A DNA stretch of 63,436 nucleotides, filler included, from Deltaproteobacteria bacterium (lineage in GTDB: Bacteria; JAUYMQ01), in NCBI GenBank assembly GCA_030698575.1. It is 8 parts of 8 records of this genome, joined end to end, with 100 filler letters (N's around TTAATTAATTAA, not from the genome) between each part and the next. Parts side by side here need not be neighbours in the genome. Positions count along the whole stretch, not along the records: positions 38,054 to 63,436 come from JAUYMQ010000571.1; 7 more parts are not named here. One strand, 5' to 3'. The translations under genes and the position numbers were made by a program. Positions within the stretch are counted from its first letter, which is position 1, and the number at the start of each line of letters is the position of its first letter. Shown here one piece after another: positions 39,053-50,499 of the stretch. Under the pieces are notes generated by a model. That model was not told where the DNA came from, searched no databases, and worked only from the letters and a program-made list of their open reading frames with translations.

Positions 39053-42034
39053 ATGCCATTGAAAATGCAGATAACGGGTGGGCTCCTTTCCTCCCGGAAG
39101 CGCCTTCTTTCCCTGGCCGCGCTGACCGCCGCCATCGTGCTCGGCATCGGCGTCCTGTCCTACCTGCGTTTCGATCCTGAATACTTCCAGAGAATTGTCA
39201 TTTCCCGGATGGAAAAACGCTTCAACCTTCGGGTCTCCCTCAGCCGCGCCGAAGTCGTGCTCTGGCCCTCACTCGGCCTCGAGCTTGAGAATCTCGAGGC
39301 GCGTCGCAAGGAGCCCGAGGAGAGCGAGCCCTTCCTCACGGTGAAGGCCGCCAGCCTCTATGTCCGCACCCTCCCGCTCTTCTGGGGGCGCTACGAGGTG
39401 TCGCGCATCCTGCTCGAGGCTCCCGACCTCCGCGTCACGCGCGGCCCCGAGGGGCGTTTCGACGTGGAGGATCTCCTCGAACCGACCGGAACGAAGGACG
39501 GGAAGAAGACCGAGGGGGTCGACGGCCGGCTCTTCGTGACCAAGACGGAGGTCCGTCGTGGCCGGCTGACGATCACCCAACGGAACGCGGCGGGGAAACT
39601 CCGGCGGACCCGGGTCGAGCCGCTCGATCTGGAGATCAAGGATCTGGCCTATGGCGGAGAGCCGGAGTTCAAGCTCACAGCGGTAATGGGCGAGCCGTCT
39701 CCCGGGGCGCACCTCCATCTGGAGGGCGGTGCGGGCCGGCTCGAGCGGGGCAAGCCCTTCGGCGAACTGCCGCTCGACCTGAAGCTGGAGGCCGACCGCT
39801 TTGACCTCGGGCCCATCCGCGGCTTTCTTCCCGAAAAGTGGCGGGGCCGGGTGCGGACGGGCGCGCTCACCTGCGATCTGTCGATTCATGGAAGGGTGAA
39901 AAAAGACCTGTCGGTGAAGGGAGACTTCCGCATCGAGAACGCCGACTTCGGCGACCACTACGCCCTTCAGGGAGTGATCATCGGGAAGATCGACTGGCGC
40001 GGCGCGGAGGGCAAGTCGGGCGGGAAGGCCGATCTGCGCCTGGCCCCCGGCGTTTTCACGAAAGGGAGCATGCAGATCGACGGGCAGACCGACATCCGGG
40101 CGGACGTGACCAGCGGCGTGGAAGGTTTCGGCGCGAAGCTCAGGATCGACGCCACCCGGGCCGCCTACCTCCAGGGGAGCGTCTTCGAGAAGCCGCCCGG
40201 GACACGCCTCGAGCTCGAGGGGGTTCTGTCGCGGGGAGCGAGCGGGCTGCGGGTGAGAGAGGCCGAGGGGAAGCTGGGAGACCTGCCCTTCACCGGCTCG
40301 GCCGACATCGGGCGCTCGGTGGCGCCGGGTCGCTCGACCCCCTACGATCTGCACTTCTTCCCCGAGAAGGTCGAGCTTGCGACGCTCCAGGATTACGTCG
40401 AGGCGCTGGGGGCCTTCGCCCTCGACGGAGAAGCGGAGATTTCCAGGCTCGACATCATCCGCCGGCCGGAGGAGAGCCGGGAATACCAGGTGACGATCGA
40501 CATGAAGCTTGGGGGTGTGTCGGCGACGATTCCACTCAGCGACGGGCGCGCCCACACGGTTCGCGATCTCACCGCCGGCGTCGCGATCGTCCCGGGCCGG
40601 CTGATCTCCGAGGAAGCGCAGGGCGAGATCAATGGTGCGCCCGTCCACTTTAAAGCCGACGTGACGGAGTTCATGGCGATGATTGCGCCCGCCCGGGGCC
40701 GGCCGCGCGCCGACGTCCGGCTCGAGATCTGGAATGACGAGATCGATCTCGACCGGCTGCTCCAGGCCGCCGCAGGCGCCTTGCGGTCGGGCGCTGTTCC
40801 GGCGCCCCGCGGCGCTGCGTTCGCGGCGCCTCCGGATACGCCCGAGCCGGGCGGCGAAAACCAGCCCGCACCCTCGCAGGCGGTGCCAGAATCACTGACC
40901 GTCGTGCCGGGACCGGAGATCACCGGCGGGAACGTGGACTTCCTCGAGCGCTTTTTTGTGAAAGAGAGCATTCTGCGCGCGGATTCCGCCATCTACGCCA
41001 GGCAAGCGCTCACCGGGCTGGTCTCGCGCTTCAACTACCACAATCCCGTGCTGCGCCTCGATGAGACCCGTTTCAAGGCCCACGAGGGCGAGTGGAGCGT
41101 CGACGGCACGGTCGCCCTCAATACGACGAACACCTTCGATCTTGGCGTCAAGGTGGCCCATGCGCGCGTGGAGTCGATCAGCCGCGCTTTCTCGGAGACG
41201 GAGCAGGAGCCCGCCATCTTCGGTATGCTGGACGGCGAGGGCGAGCTGCACGGCCAGGGGAAGGATCTCGAGGCCTGGGAAAAGACGCTCCGTGGAAAGG
41301 GGCGCATCACCGTCCGGGACGGGCGCCTTCCGGGTTTCAACATCTTCGAAACGGTGATCCGGGCGATCCTCGGGGTGTTTGCCAAAGTCATCCCTGTGGG
41401 CAAGCTCAGCGCGGTAAGCGGCGAGAACACCTTCGAGAGCTTCGAGCAGGACTTCCGGATCGAGGAGGGCCGCATCTGGAGTGATCCAATCGAGCTGACG
41501 ACGATCGACTACGTGATGAAGGGCAAGGGAAGCGCGGGACTGGACCGCACGCTGGACTACCGGACGACCGTGCGGTTGACCGCCGAGGGGACGCAGAAGA
41601 TGATCGCGCTCGCATCGCTTCCGATCCTGAGCGGGGCCTTTCAGGGGATCGCGCCGGTTCCCGTGCGCATCAAGGGGACGACAAGCAAGCCCGTGATCCT
41701 GCCGAACGCCTCGGTCATCTCCGTGGGCTCGGTGCAGGCGCTCCTGCAGGGGGTCGGTGAAAAAGCCATCGGTGGCGCCAGGGACGCCGTGCAAGGCATG
41801 GGGCGCATCCTCGGCGTCGGGAAGAACGGCAAGCGGCCGGAGAAAGACGTAGAAGCGGGAGTCGAGGGGGAGGGTGCCCCGCCGGAAGGCGCGACTGTGA
41901 TCGGAACGGCGCCCGGAGGCGAGCCCGCGGAGGAACCGGTGGAGGAACCGGCGGAGGAACCTACCGCCGAGGAGAAGGACCCCGATCTCCTGGATCAGGG
42001 GCTGAAGCAGCTGGAGGGACTCTTCGGCCGGTGA
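39053..42034 (+). CDS. AsmA-like family protein
   Basis: N-terminal TM anchor, long beta-rich body, C-terminal PVRIKGT..KP. Confidence 0.8.
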   Translation: MPLKMQITGGLLSSRKRLLSLAALTAAIVLGIGVLSYLRFDPEYFQRIVISRMEKRFNLRVSLSRAEVVLWPSLGLELENLEARRKEPEESEPFLTVKAASLYVRTLPLFWGRYEVSRILLEAPDLRVTRGPEGRFDVEDLLEPTGTKDGKKTEGVDGRLFVTKTEVRRGRLTITQRNAAGKLRRTRVEPLDLEIKDLAYGGEPEFKLTAVMGEPSPGAHLHLEGGAGRLERGKPFGELPLDLKLEADRFDLGPIRGFLPEKWRGRVRTGALTCDLSIHGRVKKDLSVKGDFRIENADFGDHYALQGVIIGKIDWRGAEGKSGGKADLRLAPGVFTKGSMQIDGQTDIRADVTSGVEGFGAKLRIDATRAAYLQGSVFEKPPGTRLELEGVLSRGASGLRVREAEGKLGDLPFTGSADIGRSVAPGRSTPYDLHFFPEKVELATLQDYVEALGAFALDGEAEISRLDIIRRPEESREYQVTIDMKLGGVSATIPLSDGRAHTVRDLTAGVAIVPGRLISEEAQGEINGAPVHFKADVTEFMAMIAPARGRPRADVRLEIWNDEIDLDRLLQAAAGALRSGAVPAPRGAAFAAPPDTPEPGGENQPAPSQAVPESLTVVPGPEITGGNVDFLERFFVKESILRADSAIYARQALTGLVSRFNYHNPVLRLDETRFKAHEGEWSVDGTVALNTTNTFDLGVKVAHARVESISRAFSETEQEPAIFGMLDGEGELHGQGKDLEAWEKTLRGKGRITVRDGRLPGFNIFETVIRAILGVFAKVIPVGKLSAVSGENTFESFEQDFRIEEGRIWSDPIELTTIDYVMKGKGSAGLDRTLDYRTTVRLTAEGTQKMIALASLPILSGAFQGIAPVPVRIKGTTSKPVILPNASVISVGSVQALLQGVGEKAIGGARDAVQGMGRILGVGKNGKRPEKDVEAGVEGEGAPPEGATVIGTAPGGEPAEEPVEEPAEEPTAEEKDPDLLDQGLKQLEGLFGR

Positions 42035-42082
42035 GTCCTGCGGCCGCCCCGAACCCTCCCGAATGAGGAGAAGGCGTAACCG

Positions 42083-43138
42083 ATGTCGAGCTTCAAGACG
42101 CTGGAGTGGGCCGGTGACGCGGTACTCCTGCTGGATCAGCGCAAGCTCCCGGCGGAGGAGGTCATGCTGGCCTGCCGGAGCGCCGAGGAGACCGCCCGTG
42201 CAATCGAGAACATGGTGGTGCGCGGCGCTCCCGCCATCGGGGTCTGCGCGGCGATGGGCCTTGCGCTGGGCGCCAAGCAGATCAAATCGAACGACAGCGC
42301 AGCCTTCGCGAAGTCATTCGAGACGCTCTGTGCCCGCATGGCCCGCACGCGCCCGACGGCGGTCAACCTTTTCTGGGCGATCGATCGAATGAAGGCGCGC
42401 TTCGCGCGCGAGGAGAAGCGTCCTGTTTCCGAGATCCAAAACGCGCTGGAGGAAGAGGCGCTGGCCATCCACGCTGAGGACATCGCGGTCTGCCGCGCAC
42501 TCGGTCGGGTGGGGGCGGAGGTCGTTCCCGACGGCGCGCGAATCCTGACCCACTGCAACGCCGGAGCCCTGGCGACGGGCGGCTACGGCACGGCGCTTGG
42601 AGTCGTGCGCGCCGCGGTGGAGGCCGGAAAGCGCGTCCATGTGATCTCGAGCGAAACGCGTCCGTTCCTCCAGGGTGCGCGCCTGACCGTGTGGGAGCTC
42701 CAGAAGGACAAAATCCCCGTGACCCTCATCACGGACAGCATGGCCGGCCATCTCATGCAGCGGGGCGAGATCGATCTTGTCATCGTGGGCGCCGATCGCA
42801 TCGCCGCCAACGGCGACGTAGCGAACAAGATCGGCACCTACACGCACGCGGTGCTGGCGAGGACCCACGACCTTCCCTTCTACGTGGCCGCGCCGCTCTC
42901 GACCATTGATCTCCGCACCCCCACCGGCGCGGGCATTCCGATCGAATCGCGCGATCCCGAGGAGGTGACCCGGGCGGGCGCCAGCCGCATCGCTCCCGAA
43001 GGGACTCGCGCTCTTCACCCCGCCTTCGACGTCACGCCCGCGGCCTACGTCTCGGGCATTATCACCGAGATGGGACTCGCGCGGTCCCCCCTTGCGGATT
43101 CGATCCGCGATCTCTTTCGGGACCCCGGTTCGAAATGA
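42083..43138 (+). CDS. mtnA: Methylthioribose-1-phosphate isomerase
   Basis: LDQRKLP, VRGAPAIG, RPTAVNL, THCNAGALAT, ETRP, NKIGTY. Confidence 0.96.
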   Translation: MSSFKTLEWAGDAVLLLDQRKLPAEEVMLACRSAEETARAIENMVVRGAPAIGVCAAMGLALGAKQIKSNDSAAFAKSFETLCARMARTRPTAVNLFWAIDRMKARFAREEKRPVSEIQNALEEEALAIHAEDIAVCRALGRVGAEVVPDGARILTHCNAGALATGGYGTALGVVRAAVEAGKRVHVISSETRPFLQGARLTVWELQKDKIPVTLITDSMAGHLMQRGEIDLVIVGADRIAANGDVANKIGTYTHAVLARTHDLPFYVAAPLSTIDLRTPTGAGIPIESRDPEEVTRAGASRIAPEGTRALHPAFDVTPAAYVSGIITEMGLARSPLADSIRDLFRDPGSK

Positions 43139-46100
43139 GCAGCGAGGCCGCCGCCATGTCGCGTCCGATCCTTCTTGCGCTCGAGAGCGGGGATCGGGAG
43201 GCGGCGCGAAAGGCGCTGGAGAACGCCGGCTTCCGCCGCCCAGGCGAGACCCTGGAGCATCTTCTCGCGCTCCGTGAAAACGATTCACTTCGCGCCCACG
43301 CGGAGGACACCCTCGTCGCCGCCCTCGGCGCCGCAGATCCCGCCGCGGTCCTGCTTGGCCTCCGCCGTTACGCCGAGGCCTGCCGCACCCGCCTCGGCCG
43401 CGCCTTTTCCTTCGAGCCTGGGAAACTCCGCCTGCTCGTCCCCGTTCTGGGGGCAAGTCGCTTTCTGACGCAATCCCTCGAGAACCATCCGGAGGATCTG
43501 GACGATCTTGCCGCATCGCCCTGGCTTGATCGCGAGGTAACCGCCGATGCCCTGCGCGAGGCAATTCGGGCGGAATGGGAGCACGCCGCTCCACGGGACG
43601 GCGGTGAGGCGCCGATCGAATCACTCCAGCGTGTGCTGCGACTCGTCCGCGCCCGCGAGATGCTTCGCATCGCCGCGCGGGATCTGACGGGGCGCGGTGA
43701 CGTCGTGACGATCATGCGGGAGCTGACACTTCTAGCCGAGTGCACGCTCGATGAAGCAGTCAGGGGTTGCGAGGCGCAGCTCCGCCGCCGCTATGGGATT
43801 CCCTGGGTCGAGACCATGGGGGGCGACCGGGTGCCGGGGGAGTTTGTGGTCATCGGCATGGGCAAGCTTGGCGCCCGTGAGCTGAACTTCAGCTCGGACG
43901 TGGATCTCATCTACGCCTACAGCTCCAGCAAGGGGGAGACGGCGGGCGGCGAGGGCGGCGAGCGCATCGGCGTGCATGCCTACTACGTGAAGCTTTCGGA
44001 ACTGGTGACGAGGGCGATGGGCGAGCTGACACAGGACGGTTTCGTTTTCCGCGTCGATCTCAATCTTCGTCCGGACGGCAGCAAGGGGCAGCTGGCGAAC
44101 TCGCTCATGGCTTACGAGGTGTACTACGCCTCCTGGGGGGAGACCTGGGAGCGATCGGCGCTGCTGCGGGCGCGACCGGTGGCCGGGAATATGCGGCTGG
44201 GAGAGGAGTTCCTTCGTGTGATTGCGCCCATCGTCTATCGCAAGACCCTCGATATGGGAATGCTCGAGGACATGCGGCAGATGAAACAGAGAATCGACGC
44301 CCAGTCGAGGCGAACGCGCGAGGGCGCCTGGAACGTGAAACTCGGTGAGGGGGGGATTCGCGAGATCGAATTCCTGGTGAACGCCCTGCAGCTCGTCCAC
44401 GCCGGCCGCAACACCGATCTCCGCGTCACCGAAACACTGCTGTGCCTGGAGCGACTGCATGCGGCCGGCCTCTTGAGCGGCGAGGAGGCCCAGGATCTCG
44501 CCGAGGCCTACCGCTTCTACCGCAATCTTGAACACCGGATCCAGATGCTGGAAGACAGGCAGACCCATCTTCTGACTGCGCGCGGCGAGGATCGCGATCG
44601 CATAGCCCGCGCCATGGGCTTCTTCGGGAGGGGATGCGCCGCCGACGAGTCGGGCTTCGACGAAACGCTGGGGCGCCACCGCCAGAAGGTGTCCGGATCC
44701 TTCCGTCGCATTCTGGCCTCCCGGGAGTCCGAGGCAGAGGAGGAGGCGGTGAGCCCCGCGCTCCGCGATATTGTCGAACTGAAACTTCCGGCTGCGGAGG
44801 ACGCGGCGCGTCTGGCTATGGCGGGTTTCGAGGATCCGGAGACCGCGGCCGACCGTCTCGTCTGGTTGCGCGACCCGCCTGTGGAGGCGGGGCTCTCGGT
44901 GCGCAGCAGGCGGCACCTTCGTCGTCATGCGCCCGCTTTCCTGCAGGCAATTCTCAAATCGCCCGATCCTGATCGCGCCCTGGCCCATCTGGAGCGGTTC
45001 TTCCATTCGACCCAGGCGCGCTACACGCTTTTCACCGTGCTCGCCGCGCACCGTGAGACGCTGCGCGTCCTGATCCGGCTGTTCGGCATGAGCGACTATC
45101 TTTCCGACGCTTTCATCCAGCACCCCGAACTGCTTGATTCGCTCGTGCTCTCGAGCTACGCGACGGTCAAGAAGAGCCGTGCAGAGACCGAGGCCGAACT
45201 CTGGGGAGCGCTGAAGGACGTCGACAGCCTCGAGGAGCGGCTCGACGTGCTTCGCCGCTTCAAGCGCGGCGAGAACCTGCGCATCGCCTTCAACGATCTT
45301 TCTGGAACTCTCTCGCGGCCCCAGGTGAGCGCCCAGCTCTCCGATCTGGCCGACGCTTGCCTGGCGGCTGCGCTGCGCCTGGGGCGGGAGGAACTGGACG
45401 AGCGCTTCGGCGCCCCCACCGCTGCGGGACGGCCGGGAGAGCCGGCGCGCTTTGCGCTTCTCGGCCTCGGTAAGCTCGGGGGACGGGAGATCGACTACCT
45501 GAGCGACCTCGACATCATCTTTGTGTTCGATCCCAGCGGAGAGACAAGCGGCGGCGCACGCGGCCGGCGCATCACGAACTTCGAATACTTCATTAAGCTC
45601 GGTCAGCGCATCATCTCCTTCATGACGCTGAAGACCGCAGAGGGTGCGCTGTATGAAGTCGACACGCGGCTCCGTCCTTCGGGCAACGCGGGCGCCCTGG
45701 TGACCTCCCTCGAGGGCTTCGAGCACTACCATAAATCCTCGGCCAAGCTCTGGGAACGCCAGGCGCTCATCAAGGCGAGGTTCGTCGCCGGCGACGCCGC
45801 GCTGGGAGAGCGTCTGGAGGAACTGGCCCGCGCTTTCGCCTTCGACGGGCGGTGGAGGCCGGAGGACCGGCAGGAGATCGCGCGGATCCGCCAGCGGATG
45901 GAAAAGGAGATCGCGCGCGAGAAGCCCGGCCACTACAACATGAAGACCGGGCGGGGCGGCCTGGTGGACGTGGAGTTCGTGGTGCAGGCGCTCCAGCTCG
46001 AGCACGCACGCGATGGTCGCGCGATGCAGACGCAGAACACCGTGGCCGCGCTCGGCGCTCTCCAGCGCGCCGGGCGGCTGTCGGAAGCGGAAGCGCGCGA

Positions 46101-46329
46101 TCTCGAAGAGGGGTACGTTTTCCTCCGGACGCTCGAAGATCGGCTGCGACTGCTGCACAACCGCTCGACCAGCGCGCTGGGGACAGGGGGGGCCGACCTG
46201 GAGAAGCTCGCGAGGCGGTTGGGCTTCGAGGCCGGGGGCGGGAAGACGGCCGGTGAGGTGCTCCTCGAGTCCTACCAGCTCCGGACCGAGCGGATCCGGG
46301 CGATTTACAGCCGCGTCTTCGAGGACTGA
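43135..46329 (+). CDS. glnE: Glutamine synthetase adenylyltransferase/adenylyl-removing enzyme
   Basis: Two NTase repeats: [18 protein letters not shown] and [17 protein letters not shown]. Confidence 0.96.
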   Translation: MSSEAAAMSRPILLALESGDREAARKALENAGFRRPGETLEHLLALRENDSLRAHAEDTLVAALGAADPAAVLLGLRRYAEACRTRLGRAFSFEPGKLRLLVPVLGASRFLTQSLENHPEDLDDLAASPWLDREVTADALREAIRAEWEHAAPRDGGEAPIESLQRVLRLVRAREMLRIAARDLTGRGDVVTIMRELTLLAECTLDEAVRGCEAQLRRRYGIPWVETMGGDRVPGEFVVIGMGKLGARELNFSSDVDLIYAYSSSKGETAGGEGGERIGVHAYYVKLSELVTRAMGELTQDGFVFRVDLNLRPDGSKGQLANSLMAYEVYYASWGETWERSALLRARPVAGNMRLGEEFLRVIAPIVYRKTLDMGMLEDMRQMKQRIDAQSRRTREGAWNVKLGEGGIREIEFLVNALQLVHAGRNTDLRVTETLLCLERLHAAGLLSGEEAQDLAEAYRFYRNLEHRIQMLEDRQTHLLTARGEDRDRIARAMGFFGRGCAADESGFDETLGRHRQKVSGSFRRILASRESEAEEEAVSPALRDIVELKLPAAEDAARLAMAGFEDPETAADRLVWLRDPPVEAGLSVRSRRHLRRHAPAFLQAILKSPDPDRALAHLERFFHSTQARYTLFTVLAAHRETLRVLIRLFGMSDYLSDAFIQHPELLDSLVLSSYATVKKSRAETEAELWGALKDVDSLEERLDVLRRFKRGENLRIAFNDLSGTLSRPQVSAQLSDLADACLAAALRLGREELDERFGAPTAAGRPGEPARFALLGLGKLGGREIDYLSDLDIIFVFDPSGETSGGARGRRITNFEYFIKLGQRIISFMTLKTAEGALYEVDTRLRPSGNAGALVTSLEGFEHYHKSSAKLWERQALIKARFVAGDAALGERLEELARAFAFDGRWRPEDRQEIARIRQRMEKEIAREKPGHYNMKTGRGGLVDVEFVVQALQLEHARDGRAMQTQNTVAALGALQRAGRLSEAEARDLEEGYVFLRTLEDRLRLLHNRSTSALGTGGADLEKLARRLGFEAGGGKTAGEVLLESYQLRTERIRAIYSRVFED

Positions 46330-46532
46330 GGCGTCCTGCGGGCGCCGCCACACCGGTTGCCCCCGGCGACGGGTCCCGGTATGGGCTGCGCTCCGGCTTT
46401 CGTGTACCCTCCCCCTTTGTCGGCAAACGCCGGGACGGGTGCTCACGCCCGGGCCCGAAGGGGCCGTTAAGCTGCAAAAGAATTCATACGGCGGGCGCGC
46501 GGGGCCGTGCCCGGCGACCAGGGGAGATCGCG

Positions 46533-47450
46533 GTGGTCGAGAAGGTCCGGAAGATCTGGATGGACGGAAAGCTGGTGGACTGGGAAGCGGCGCAGGTGCA
46601 TGTGCTGACGCACACGCTTCACTACGGCATGGGCGTGTTCGAGGGGATACGCTGCTACCGCACCGAGGACGGGCAGTCGGCGGTGTTCCGGCTGAAGGAG
46701 CACGTTGATCGGCTCTTCGACTCGGCTCATATCGTGCAGATGACCCTTCCATCGACACGCGAGGACGTCGCGTCGGCTGTCCTCGAGACGCTGCGCGCGA
46801 ACGACATGCGTGAGGGGTACATCCGGCCCCTCGCGTTCATCGGCGAGGGCGCCATGGGCCTCTACGCCACCGACAATCCCGTGCATCTGACGATTGTGGC
46901 CTGGCCCTGGGGGACCTACCTCGGCGAGGAGGGGCTCCGCAACGGCATCCGGGCGAAGATCAGCTCCTTCACGCGCCATCACGTGAACGTGGCCATGACG
47001 AAGGCGAAGGTCTGCGGCTACTACGTGAACAGCATCATGGCCAAGCGGGAGGCCATGGCGGAAGGTTACGACGAGGCGATCATGCTCGACGCCGATGGTT
47101 TCGTGGCCGAGGCGAGCGGCGAGAACCTCTTCATGGTCCGCGACGGCGGTCTCTTCACGCCGCCTCTGACGAGCGTGCTGCCGGGAATCACCCGCCATGC
47201 GATCATGCGCATCGCCCGCGACAAGGGAATCCCCCTTGAAGAGCGGCGCTTCTCGCGCGACGAGCTGTACACCGCCGACGAGGCTTTCCTGACCGGCACC
47301 GCCGCGGAGGTGACGCCCATCCGGGAGGTGGACCGGCGGCGCGTCGGAGAGGGAACCCGGGGGCCGGTGACCCACCTGCTTCAGGACGCCTTCTTCAATA
47401 TCGTCAAGGGGAAGGACGCAAAGTATGAGGAGTGGCTGACCCGGTTCTGA
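46533..47450 (+). CDS. ilvE: Branched-chain amino acid aminotransferase
   Basis: [47 protein letters not shown]. Confidence 0.96.
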   Translation: MVEKVRKIWMDGKLVDWEAAQVHVLTHTLHYGMGVFEGIRCYRTEDGQSAVFRLKEHVDRLFDSAHIVQMTLPSTREDVASAVLETLRANDMREGYIRPLAFIGEGAMGLYATDNPVHLTIVAWPWGTYLGEEGLRNGIRAKISSFTRHHVNVAMTKAKVCGYYVNSIMAKREAMAEGYDEAIMLDADGFVAEASGENLFMVRDGGLFTPPLTSVLPGITRHAIMRIARDKGIPLEERRFSRDELYTADEAFLTGTAAEVTPIREVDRRRVGEGTRGPVTHLLQDAFFNIVKGKDAKYEEWLTRF

Positions 47451-47485
47451 CCCGCCGGGGCACCGCAGCGCCGCCTGGAAACGAC

Positions 47486-47511
47486 ACGAGCCGGACTTGC
47501 GTCCGGCTCGT
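47486..47511. terminator. Intrinsic terminator-like hairpin downstream of ilvE
   Basis: Perfect 11-bp stem ACGAGCCGGAC-TTGC-GTCCGGCTCGT. Confidence 0.7.
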
Positions 47512-47528
47512 TCGCGTTGACCCCAACG

Positions 47529-47676
47529 AGAAACCCGGGACGGAGAGGGGGCCGTCCCGGGCCTCGGGCCGATATCCTGCGCCACGGAAAAGCAGGACGT
47601 TCGGCTACGGTCACTGCGCTTGGTTCACTGCACTGCGTTTCAAACGTTCATCAAGGAGGTTGTTAACCATGTTACG
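47529..47676 (-). ncRNA. Candidate small regulatory RNA with an anti-SD motif
   Basis: -10 TATTCT at 47688-47683, ACCTCCTT near the 5' end, internal hairpin, 10-bp terminal hairpin plus TTTCT; no substantial ORF. Confidence 0.5.
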
Positions 47677-47807
47677 TGCAGGAGAATAGCGGGAAGGGAA
47701 TTAGCGCCCCATTAGCGATGCCTTAGATGTCCCTAATCAGCCGGTCTGCCCAATCGGCGCCCGTACGCGGAAAGCCCGGTCTGGAAGGGGATCCGGCGGG
47801 GGCCTTT

Positions 47808-48893
47808 TTACCCCTCCTTGCCGATGTTCCCCATGGAGGACCTGCTCATCCAGCACTTGTCGGGCAAGGCGTCGAGACCCCCCAGCAGGGATCCCGCCAG
47901 AATGGCGTGCCCTTCCTCGTTCGGGTGTGAGTCGTAGTGGTTCAGCCAGAGCGCGGCCGCCGAGCGCCCCTCGAAGGCGGGGAAGGATTGCTTCACGTAG
48001 AAGCCTCTCCGCAGCGCGGCCTGGGCCACCGCCTGGTAAAGAGGCTGGAAAGGATGGAACCAGTGGAGATAGAAGATCTCCGTGTGTATGAAGAGCGCGG
48101 CGCATACGTCCAGTTTCTTGCCGATTGCCGCGAGTTCGTCGAGGTGTTGCGTGAGATCGTCCCAGGCCTCCGGATTCTCGAAATAGTTGAAACGCAGTTC
48201 CGAGATGTAGGAATCGCGAGGCGGATCGATGAGGTCCCGAAGCGATGCCCACCGGGGCCCGAGGATGCGCGCCAGGTAGAGGCGCGATCGCCCTGCATTC
48301 TGCACCGCCTCGATGTAGCCCAGCTGTTCCTTCTCGACGAAGGGCTTGTAGTACTTCCCCTCGATGTCGTTCAGCGTGAAGCCGTAGACGATCATGTCGG
48401 GGTTGTAGAGTAGCCCGATGAGCTTCATGCGCTCGACGACGGCATTGGCGTCGAGACCCGAAATGCCGAGATTCAGAACTTCGTAGCGGCGGTCCTTTCG
48501 TCGCTCGTTGAGGGCCCGCTCGAGCCGGGCGGCGTATGTGTCTTCCGCGAGTACGCCCGCGCCCATCGCGAAAGAATCACCCAGAAGAACGATGCGGAAT
48601 ACGCCGGGGGGTTTCTCGCGCCCGTACTCGCGTCCCCGGAAGCCGTCGCTGTTGCCCTGGTAGTAAGCGCCGATGTGAATGCCGCGGGCGTTAGGATAGG
48701 AAAGCTCCACGGGGCCGGGCAGCTCCGGCAGGCCCTCCCACTCGACGGGCTGGGCCGCCGCGCGCGGCGGCGGCGGATCCTGCCAGAGCAGGCGCGCCGC
48801 CAGCTCGGCCATACCCAGCGTGATCGCGATGCTCACGAGCGCGAGGATCAGATTGGGGATGAGCGTTCTTCGCTTGCGGCCGGGCTGAATCAC
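47808..48893 (-). CDS. SGNH/GDSL hydrolase with N-terminal membrane anchor
   Basis: LGDSFAMG, NLGISG, LNDI, DSHPNEEGH. Confidence 0.9.
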   Translation of the reverse strand: MIQPGRKRRTLIPNLILALVSIAITLGMAELAARLLWQDPPPPRAAAQPVEWEGLPELPGPVELSYPNARGIHIGAYYQGNSDGFRGREYGREKPPGVFRIVLLGDSFAMGAGVLAEDTYAARLERALNERRKDRRYEVLNLGISGLDANAVVERMKLIGLLYNPDMIVYGFTLNDIEGKYYKPFVEKEQLGYIEAVQNAGRSRLYLARILGPRWASLRDLIDPPRDSYISELRFNYFENPEAWDDLTQHLDELAAIGKKLDVCAALFIHTEIFYLHWFHPFQPLYQAVAQAALRRGFYVKQSFPAFEGRSAAALWLNHYDSHPNEEGHAILAGSLLGGLDALPDKCWMSRSSMGNIGKEG

Positions 48894-49090
48894 GAATCAC
48901 GCTTCCGGACGAAGGTTCGGGAAGGGATAGGACTGCCTGGGTCGGTTCGCCTTGCCAGGGCGCTCTATTCTAGGCGAGCCGGACCCGGTGGCAAGGCTTC
49001 CCTTTCCCCCTTTTCTTCTTCATCCTGCAGTCATCGGCGTGTGAGGCGCGCCCGGTGCCGCAGAAAATGAAAAAAGGAAAGGCTGACCCC

Positions 49091-49777
49091 ATGATTGACC
49101 TCTACACATCGTCGACGCCGAACGGCTGGAAGGCCTCGATCACGCTCGAGGAGCTCGATATTCCCTACGAGGTCCATGCGATCGATCTCATGTCCGGCGA
49201 TCAGAAGAAACCGGAGTACCTGGCCATCAACCCGAACGGCCGCATCCCGACCATCGTGGACCGCGAGGCCGACAACTTCGCCGTGTTCGAGACAGGCGCC
49301 ATCATGATTTACCTCGCGGAGAAGGCGGGCAGGCTTTTGCCGGCCGACGCGAGGGGGCGCTCGCTGGTCATTCAATGGCTCATGTTCCAGATGGGAGGCA
49401 TCGGGCCGATGATGGGGCAGGCGAATGTCTTCTATCGCTACTTCCCCGAGAAGATCCAACCGGCCATCGATCGCTACCAGAACGAATCGAAGCGGCTTTT
49501 CACGGTGCTGGAAACACGCCTCCAGGACAACGAGTACCTCGCGGGCGATTTCAGCATCGCCGACATCGCCAACTGGGCCTGGGTGCGGACCCACCGCTGG
49601 TCGGGAGTCGACGTGGAAGACCTGCCGAACCTGCAGCGCTGGATGGCGGCCCTGGCTGCGCGCCCGGCCTGCGATCGGGGGGTGAAGGTCCCGATCGACC
49701 TCGAAGCGCTCCGGAAGGGGGACGGCGAGGGGGCCAAGGAGTTCGCCCGGCGGGCCGGGACAATCGTCAGCCGCTGA
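49091..49777 (+). CDS. Glutathione S-transferase (YfcG/YghU-like)
   Basis: [35 protein letters not shown]. Confidence 0.93.
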   Translation: MIDLYTSSTPNGWKASITLEELDIPYEVHAIDLMSGDQKKPEYLAINPNGRIPTIVDREADNFAVFETGAIMIYLAEKAGRLLPADARGRSLVIQWLMFQMGGIGPMMGQANVFYRYFPEKIQPAIDRYQNESKRLFTVLETRLQDNEYLAGDFSIADIANWAWVRTHRWSGVDVEDLPNLQRWMAALAARPACDRGVKVPIDLEALRKGDGEGAKEFARRAGTIVSR

Positions 49778-49788
49778 GTCCGTGGCGG

Positions 49789-49839
49789 CGAAAAAGGGGA
49801 CACACCCCTGTTTTTAGTGGGGTGCGTCCCCTTTTTTCG
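49789..49839. terminator. Long hairpin (terminator or REP-like) after the GST gene
   Basis: AAAAAGGGGACACACCCC...GGGGTGCGTCCCCTTTTTT. Confidence 0.7.
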
Positions 49840-49965
49840 GTTTGGTTGACAGGGGGACAACTTGGGATACACTCTGCTCGGTTTCCCGACCAGATGGGTC
49901 AATATCCCTCGCGGGCGGCCTTGGCGTCCCGCAGGGGGCGAGGTTGGCCAGCGAAAAAGGAACCC

Positions 49966-50499
49966 ATGGTAGAGTTTGGCGCCGGCCAAGATGCCCCGTT
50001 TGTCACCTCCCGGCTCGACAACCTCGTGAGCTGGGGGCGCAAGTACTCGTTTTTTCTCTATCCTTTCATCACCGCATGTTGCGGCATGGAGTTCATGTCC
50101 GTGGCGGGCCCCCGCTACGACATTGACCGTTTTGGTGCGGCGCTCCCACGGTTTTCCCCCCGCCAGGCCGATCTCCTCATGGTCGTCGGGACGATCAGCC
50201 ACAAGCAGGCGCCGATTTTGAAGAAAGTCTACGACCAGATGTGTGAGCCCAAATGGGTGGTGGCATTCGGTGGTTGCACCTGCTCCGGGGGGCCCTACGA
50301 CAACTACGCCACGGTGCAGGGAATCGACACGATCATCCCTGTCGACTCCTATATCATCGGTTGCCCTCCCAGGCCCGAGGCCGTTCTGGACGGCCTCATC
50401 AAGCTCCAGGAGCGCGTCACGCGCGAGAAGGTCCCGGCCGACGGAAGGCATGTGGAGCTGGAGAATCTCCCTATCCTGAATGTGAAGCAGGCAAGGTGA
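49966..50499 (+). CDS. nuoB: NADH-quinone oxidoreductase subunit B
   Basis: TACCGMEF, FSPRQADL, VYDQMCEPKWV, GCPPRPE. Confidence 0.95.
   Translation: MVEFGAGQDAPFVTSRLDNLVSWGRKYSFFLYPFITACCGMEFMSVAGPRYDIDRFGAALPRFSPRQADLLMVVGTISHKQAPILKKVYDQMCEPKWVVAFGGCTCSGGPYDNYATVQGIDTIIPVDSYIIGCPPRPEAVLDGLIKLQERVTREKVPADGRHVELENLPILNVKQAR

Noticed and set aside
46330..46532. Possible riboswitch or sigma54 box upstream of ilvE (GGCAAAC...GGGACG; GG-N10-GC)
   Set aside because: Lacks the GAAA tetraloop and receptor of c-di-GMP-I riboswitches and the TGGC/TTGC context; too weak to call.
43732..46758. 1008-aa minus-strand ORF, and similar long antisense ORFs opposite relA/spoT, asmA and the sigma54 activator
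   Set aside because: High-GC codon-bias shadows of clear genes on the other strand; no recognisable motifs.
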